Origin: Terriglobales bacterium
GTDB lineage: Bacteria > Acidobacteriota > Terriglobia > Terriglobales > Acidobacteriaceae
DNA: 37,817 bases
Reading direction: 5' to 3'
Assembly: GCA_035702725.1 (NCBI GenBank)
Contig: DASSQB010000672.1
Coordinates: forward strand, 1 to 37,817
Position numbers and translations under genes: made by a program. This document shows positions 32,640 through 37,817 of the stretch, piece after piece (positions within the stretch are counted from its first letter, which is position 1; each line of letters begins with the position of its first letter). The notes beneath the pieces were generated by a model, which had not been told where the DNA came from, ran no database searches, and was given only the letters and a program-made list of their open reading frames with translations.

Positions 32640-35480
32640 TCAATCCAGGTCGCGCCAGTTCGGGCCCACACCGATCTCCACCAGCAACGGCACGCTAAGT
32701 GGATGCACGTTTTCCATTTTGTCGCGCACCAGCTCGCGCATGGTTTCCACTTCTGCCTGCGGCACTTCGAACACCAGCTCGTCGTGCACCTGCAGCAGCA
32801 TGCGCGACTTCAGCTTGCGGCGGCGCATGTCCCCGTCAATTGAGATCATGGCCAGCTTGATGAGGTCGGCGGCGGTCCCCTGCAGCGGGGTGTTCACCGC
32901 GGTGCGCTCGGCGAAACCGCGCATGTTCACATTCTTGCTGTTGATGTCAGGAATGGGGCGGACGCGGCCGAACAGTGTTTCCACCCGCTGCTCGCGCCGC
33001 GCCACCTCCAGCGTGCTGTCCAGAAAGTTCCGCACACCCTGGTATTTTTCGAAGTAGGCGTCAATGAACTGCCTGGCCTCGCTCTTCTCGATCCCGAGCT
33101 GCTGCGAGAGGCCGAAGGCGGAAAGCCCGTACACGATGCCGAAGTTCACGGCTTTGGCGCGGCGGCGATGCTCGGCTGTGATCATCATGGGGGGCACGCC
33201 GAACACTTCCTGCGCGGTGAGGGAGTGAATGTCGTCACCGCGGCGGAAGGCTTCGCTGAGCAGCGGGTCGCCGGAGAAGTGGGCAAGCAGGCGTAATTCG
33301 ATCTGCGAGTAGTCGGCGGCCAGCAGCACGTGCCCAGGATCGGCGATGAAGGCGGCGCGAATTTCCTTGCCCAGTTCGGTGCGGATGGGAATGTTCTGCA
33401 GGTTGGGGTTGGCGGAGGAGAGCCGTCCTGTGGCCGTGCCGGTTTGCCCGAAAGTTGTGTGCAGACGCCGGGTGCAGGAGTTGAGCAACGCGGGCAGCGC
33501 ATCCACGTAGGTGGATTTCAGCTTGGTTAGCTGGCGGTAGTCGAGCACCAGGCGCGGAACATCGTGGGTGAGCGCCAACCCCTCCAGGACATCCACCGCG
33601 GTGGAAACGGTTTTGCCTTTGCCGTACTTAACCGGCTTGGGCAGGTTCAGCTTGTTAAAGAGCACATCGCCGAGCTGCTTGGGCGAGTTGATGTTGAACT
33701 CGAAGCCCGCGAGCTCCCATATTTCCTTCTCCTTGGCACGGCAGTCGCGCTGCAGACGGATGGACATTTCGGCGAGCGCATCGCAATCAATTTTGACGCC
33801 GGTCTGCTCCATGCGGGCGAGTACCGGGACCAGGGGCAGGTCAATCTGCTGGTAAACCGGCATGAGGCCGGCATCTTCGACCTCCTGGCGCAAAGCGGCG
33901 GCGAGGCGACCGGTGAGGTCGGCGGCTTCGGCCAGCCCGCCAGAAACCTTCACATTGAAACGACGCAAAGCCACGTCTGCCAGGCGATGCGAGCTGTAGG
34001 TGGGGTCGAGCAGGTAGGAATAGAGCATAGGCTCATCGCGCACGCCGGCCAGAGCGTGCCCGCCAATGTCCTCCAGCGCGTGCACGGCGGCTTTGTAGTC
34101 GTGAATCGCTTTGGGCAGGTCGGGATCGGCCAGCGCTTTGAGCAGGGCCTGCGCCCCCGGACCATCGTCCAGGGAGACGGAAACCGCCTTGCCCGGCTGG
34201 GCGGAGATGGCGGCTTTATGATCCGGAGTGGGAGCAGCCGCCGGAGCGGCGCTGAAATCCAGCCTGCCGGTTCCACTCTCTTCCGGCTCTTGTTCCTCTT
34301 CTGGTGCAACTTCGACTGCTTCTGCCGTGGCCACCGCTACTGCCAGCACGGCGTCCTTCTTGACCGCCTTCAGCACCGTCTGAACTTCGGCAGCAGATTT
34401 CGCCTCACCGTACTCGGTCTCCGCGACTTCCACGCCGGAGATGAAGTCCTTGAGCAGGGTAGTGAATTCCAGCTCGGTGAACAACTTGCGGCAGGCTTCG
34501 GCGTCGGGCTCCTGGGCGCGCATGGCGTCCACGTCCAGCGTGACCGCGACATTGGTTTCAATCGTGACCAGCTTCTTGCTTTCCAGGACGGAATGGCGGT
34601 TGTGCTGCAACGATTCGCGGTAGGTCTTCTTCTCGACCTCGTCAGCGTGGTCCAGCGCCGCCTCCACGCTGCCAAAACGGCGAATCAGCTCCACCGAACC
34701 TTTGTCGCCAATGCCGGGCGCGCCGGGAATGTTGTCAATGGAGTCGCCGCGCAGGGCCATCACGTCCACCACCTTCTCCGGCGGCACGCCCAGCACTTCT
34801 TCCACCTTGGCACGGTCGCAGATCAGGTTGTCCTTGGGCGGGTTTAGCACGCAGATCCTGTCGTCTACCAGCTGCAGCATGTCCTTATCGCTGGAGACGA
34901 CGTACACGGGATAGGACTGGGCTGCTGCCTGGCGCGCCAGCGTACCGATGACGTCATCGGCCTCGTAGCCCGGCATTTCCAGGATTGGAATGCGGTAGGC
35001 CTCGAGAGCGCGCCGGATGTAGGGCAACTGCTGCGCCAGGTCGCCCGGCATCTCCGCCCGCGTGGCCTTGTAGCCAGCGTAGGCCTGCTCCTGCCAGGTC
35101 TGGGTTTTTGAATCGAAGCGGCGCACCGAAGTGATGGCTGCGGCCTGCTGGTCGCGGAAGGTAGGCGCGGCCACGTCGAACACCGCCGCCAGGTATTCGG
35201 GGGCAAAGTCGTCGCGCAGTTTGCGCAGCATGTTGACGAAGACATAGGTGGCGGCGGTGGGTATGCCGGTGCGGGTAGACATGGGCCGCTGCCGCGCCAT
35301 GGCGTGGTAGGCGCGGAAGATGAACGACATGGCGTCAATCAGGAAAATGCGGCCTTTGCCGGGAGCGCCCTGAGGTAGCTTCGGGGCGATGGGCGCCGGG
35401 GCAGTCGTGGACTGGGCAGCGGGTGCTTCAGTCACGGCGGTTGCCGTGTCGTCGTGCGAATTGGGCTTTTTACGAGGCAA
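32640..35480 (-). CDS. polA: DNA polymerase I
   Basis: 946 aa. 5' nuclease motif GYEADDVIG. Polymerase motif A LLAADYSQIELR, motif B RRRAKAVNFGIVYG, motif C LLQVHDELVFE. Confidence 0.95.
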   Translation of the reverse strand: MPRKKPNSHDDTATAVTEAPAAQSTTAPAPIAPKLPQGAPGKGRIFLIDAMSFIFRAYHAMARQRPMSTRTGIPTAATYVFVNMLRKLRDDFAPEYLAAVFDVAAPTFRDQQAAAITSVRRFDSKTQTWQEQAYAGYKATRAEMPGDLAQQLPYIRRALEAYRIPILEMPGYEADDVIGTLARQAAAQSYPVYVVSSDKDMLQLVDDRICVLNPPKDNLICDRAKVEEVLGVPPEKVVDVMALRGDSIDNIPGAPGIGDKGSVELIRRFGSVEAALDHADEVEKKTYRESLQHNRHSVLESKKLVTIETNVAVTLDVDAMRAQEPDAEACRKLFTELEFTTLLKDFISGVEVAETEYGEAKSAAEVQTVLKAVKKDAVLAVAVATAEAVEVAPEEEQEPEESGTGRLDFSAAPAAAPTPDHKAAISAQPGKAVSVSLDDGPGAQALLKALADPDLPKAIHDYKAAVHALEDIGGHALAGVRDEPMLYSYLLDPTYSSHRLADVALRRFNVKVSGGLAEAADLTGRLAAALRQEVEDAGLMPVYQQIDLPLVPVLARMEQTGVKIDCDALAEMSIRLQRDCRAKEKEIWELAGFEFNINSPKQLGDVLFNKLNLPKPVKYGKGKTVSTAVDVLEGLALTHDVPRLVLDYRQLTKLKSTYVDALPALLNSCTRRLHTTFGQTGTATGRLSSANPNLQNIPIRTELGKEIRAAFIADPGHVLLAADYSQIELRLLAHFSGDPLLSEAFRRGDDIHSLTAQEVFGVPPMMITAEHRRRAKAVNFGIVYGLSAFGLSQQLGIEKSEARQFIDAYFEKYQGVRNFLDSTLEVARREQRVETLFGRVRPIPDINSKNVNMRGFAERTAVNTPLQGTAADLIKLAMISIDGDMRRRKLKSRMLLQVHDELVFEVPQAEVETMRELVRDKMENVHPLSVPLLVEIGVGPNWRDLD

Positions 35481-35534
35481 GAAATCAGTTTAACAGCGTT
35501 GCCGACGGGATTTTGCTGTTAGCAGCTGGCTTAT

Positions 35535-35565
35535 CCCACTCAAGCCAAAAGCGGGCTTGAGTGGG
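35535..35565. repeat. Perfect 12-bp hairpin between queA and polA (REP-like, possible terminator or processing site)
   Basis: cccactcaagcc-aaaagcg-ggcttgagtggg. On the minus strand it lies 16 nt after the queA stop. No T-tract follows. Confidence 0.7.
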
Positions 35566-35580
35566 GCACCCCTGTAAGGA

Positions 35581-36672
<1,092 letters not shown>

Positions 36673-36878
36673 ATAACAGATTAACAAGGGGCATGGCCGC
36701 GATGCAGTCCGCCCAGGCCAGGCGCATGTTCCCTGGCAGGTGTTGAATGCGGCACGAAGTTGCCAGTGGTACCTTTCCGCAGCGGGCGCTCTAAACCGGC
36801 ATTGCCGCTTCCCATTGCCTGCTGTACCATACAGCCACGTCCGGGCCGCAGTCCTCCCCGTTAAAATCGCAGGTCCCC

Positions 36879-37607
36879 ATGATGAGCGAACGACAGCATC
36901 GGCAAGAAATCGTCCGCATCGGCCGAATGATCCACCAGCGTGGCTATGTGGCGGCCACCGACGGCAATCTCTCCGTGCGGCTAAGCAAGAACCGCATTCT
37001 GGTGACCCCGACCGCCATGTCCAAAGGGCTGATGAAGCCCTCAGACCTGATCGTGGTGGACAGCGAAGGCAAGAAGCTGCGCGGCAAGCGCGACGTTTCC
37101 AGCGAAATTGCCATGCACCTGCTGATTTACCGGTTGCGGCAGGACGTGAATGCCATCGTACACGCCCACCCACCCACGGCCACGGGCTATGCCGCCGCCG
37201 GCCAGCCGCTCAATCCCGCCCTGCTTTCGGAGGTGGTGATCGCGCTGGAGGACATTCCACTTGCCGACTACGGTTGTCCGGGCACCAGCGAGCTTTGCGA
37301 CACGCTGGCTCCGCTGATTCCCCGCTACCAGGCCATCCTCATGTCCAACCATGGGGTGGTGACTTACGGCCCAGACCTGCTTTCCGCCTACATGCACATG
37401 GAGACGGTGGAGCATTTTGCCAAGGTGGCGCTGGTGGCCCACATGCTGGGGCGGCAGCACCTGCTCAGCGAAGAGGACATGCGCAAGCTGGCCGCGGCGC
37501 GCGAGAAGTACGGCAGCGGCAACCACTCACATGGAAACGGCGGCAGGGCGCCCGAAGCCAAGAGCAGCAACGGGAAAGAGACGGCGGCCGTCGGGCGCAA
37601 GCGGTAA
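36879..37607 (+). CDS. Class II aldolase/adducin-family protein (fuculose-phosphate aldolase / MTRu-1-P dehydratase-like)
   Basis: Motifs [26 protein letters not shown] and [10 protein letters not shown] fit the zinc-His pattern of the family. Confidence 0.85.
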   Translation: MMSERQHRQEIVRIGRMIHQRGYVAATDGNLSVRLSKNRILVTPTAMSKGLMKPSDLIVVDSEGKKLRGKRDVSSEIAMHLLIYRLRQDVNAIVHAHPPTATGYAAAGQPLNPALLSEVVIALEDIPLADYGCPGTSELCDTLAPLIPRYQAILMSNHGVVTYGPDLLSAYMHMETVEHFAKVALVAHMLGRQHLLSEEDMRKLAAAREKYGSGNHSHGNGGRAPEAKSSNGKETAAVGRKR

Positions 37608-37689
37608 CCTGGTGCCTGGTTCCCAGTACCTGGTACCGTACCCACACGCTCTTTTCTTCATTCTGAAATCGCTCTCCACATACAACCAA

Positions 37690-37709
37690 CACCGCAGAGG
37701 ACCAGATGA
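37690..37709. repeat. Possible single arm of the same REP-like family at the window edge
   Basis: caccgcagaggaccagatga shares the accgcagagga core with the arms at 25161-25188 (reverse complement) and 32431. A partner arm, if any, is outside the window. Confidence 0.35.
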
Positions 37710-37817
37710 CCATTTGTTATCTGTCAAGCACGAGGTGCAACCCATATATTTGGCATGTGTTCTCATACTAGAACATAATTGGGAAGGAACACATAAATCA
37801 TGATGATTGAATTGGAC

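Noticed and set aside
33564-34847. 427-aa plus-strand ORF inside polA
   Set aside because: It is an antisense shadow of a gene with unmistakable Pol I motifs, and it has no motif of its own.
36673-37173. N-terminal 167-aa extension of the queA ORF
   Set aside because: The extension is Arg/Cys/Trp-rich, overlaps the aldolase gene on the other strand, and precedes a GTG that yields the canonical QueA N-terminus.
37800-37817. Start of a further CDS (ATGATGATTGAATTGGAC)
   Set aside because: Only six codons are visible, too few to call a gene. It is mentioned only in the edge finding.

Overview
GC-rich bacterial chromosomal segment with about 30 protein genes on both strands and mostly short intergenic gaps. 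Most genes are housekeeping, envelope or signalling genes. In order they are: an R2-like di-metal protein, a secreted esterase, rpsA, an exported msrA-msrB pair preceded by a PilZ gene, an ADOP-type duplicated FtsX permease, an orphan cheB/cheR-PAS pair, hyuB, and a MerR regulator followed by a secreted PHM/DBH-like copper monooxygenase homologue. Then come a cell-wall block (mltG, a LolA/B-like lipoprotein, a LysM lytic transglycosylase), a Moco oxidoreductase plus cytochrome b pair, a 1531-aa double histidine kinase, polA, queA and a class II aldolase. The ADOP permease and several families of GC-rich palindromic intergenic repeats suggest an Acidobacteriota-like genome; this is inference only. 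I saw no rRNA, tRNA, CRISPR array, transposase, integrase, phage gene or recognisable defence gene, and I do not see a clear-cut novel multi-gene system. The best candidates for undescribed biology are four. (i) Three overlapping small Arg/Ser-rich helical ORFs lie directly downstream of the kinase-less cheB/cheR-PAS pair. (ii) A PilZ protein with a 4x GG-x-H-x3-C-x-C-x2-C tail heads the msrAB operon. (iii) A bacterial PHM-like copper enzyme has all six metal ligands at eukaryote-like spacing. (iv) A self-contained unit of promoter, SD, 13-codon poly-Lys ORF and terminator sits in the roughly 680-bp hyuB-merR gap. All functional calls come from motif recognition by eye; no searches were run.
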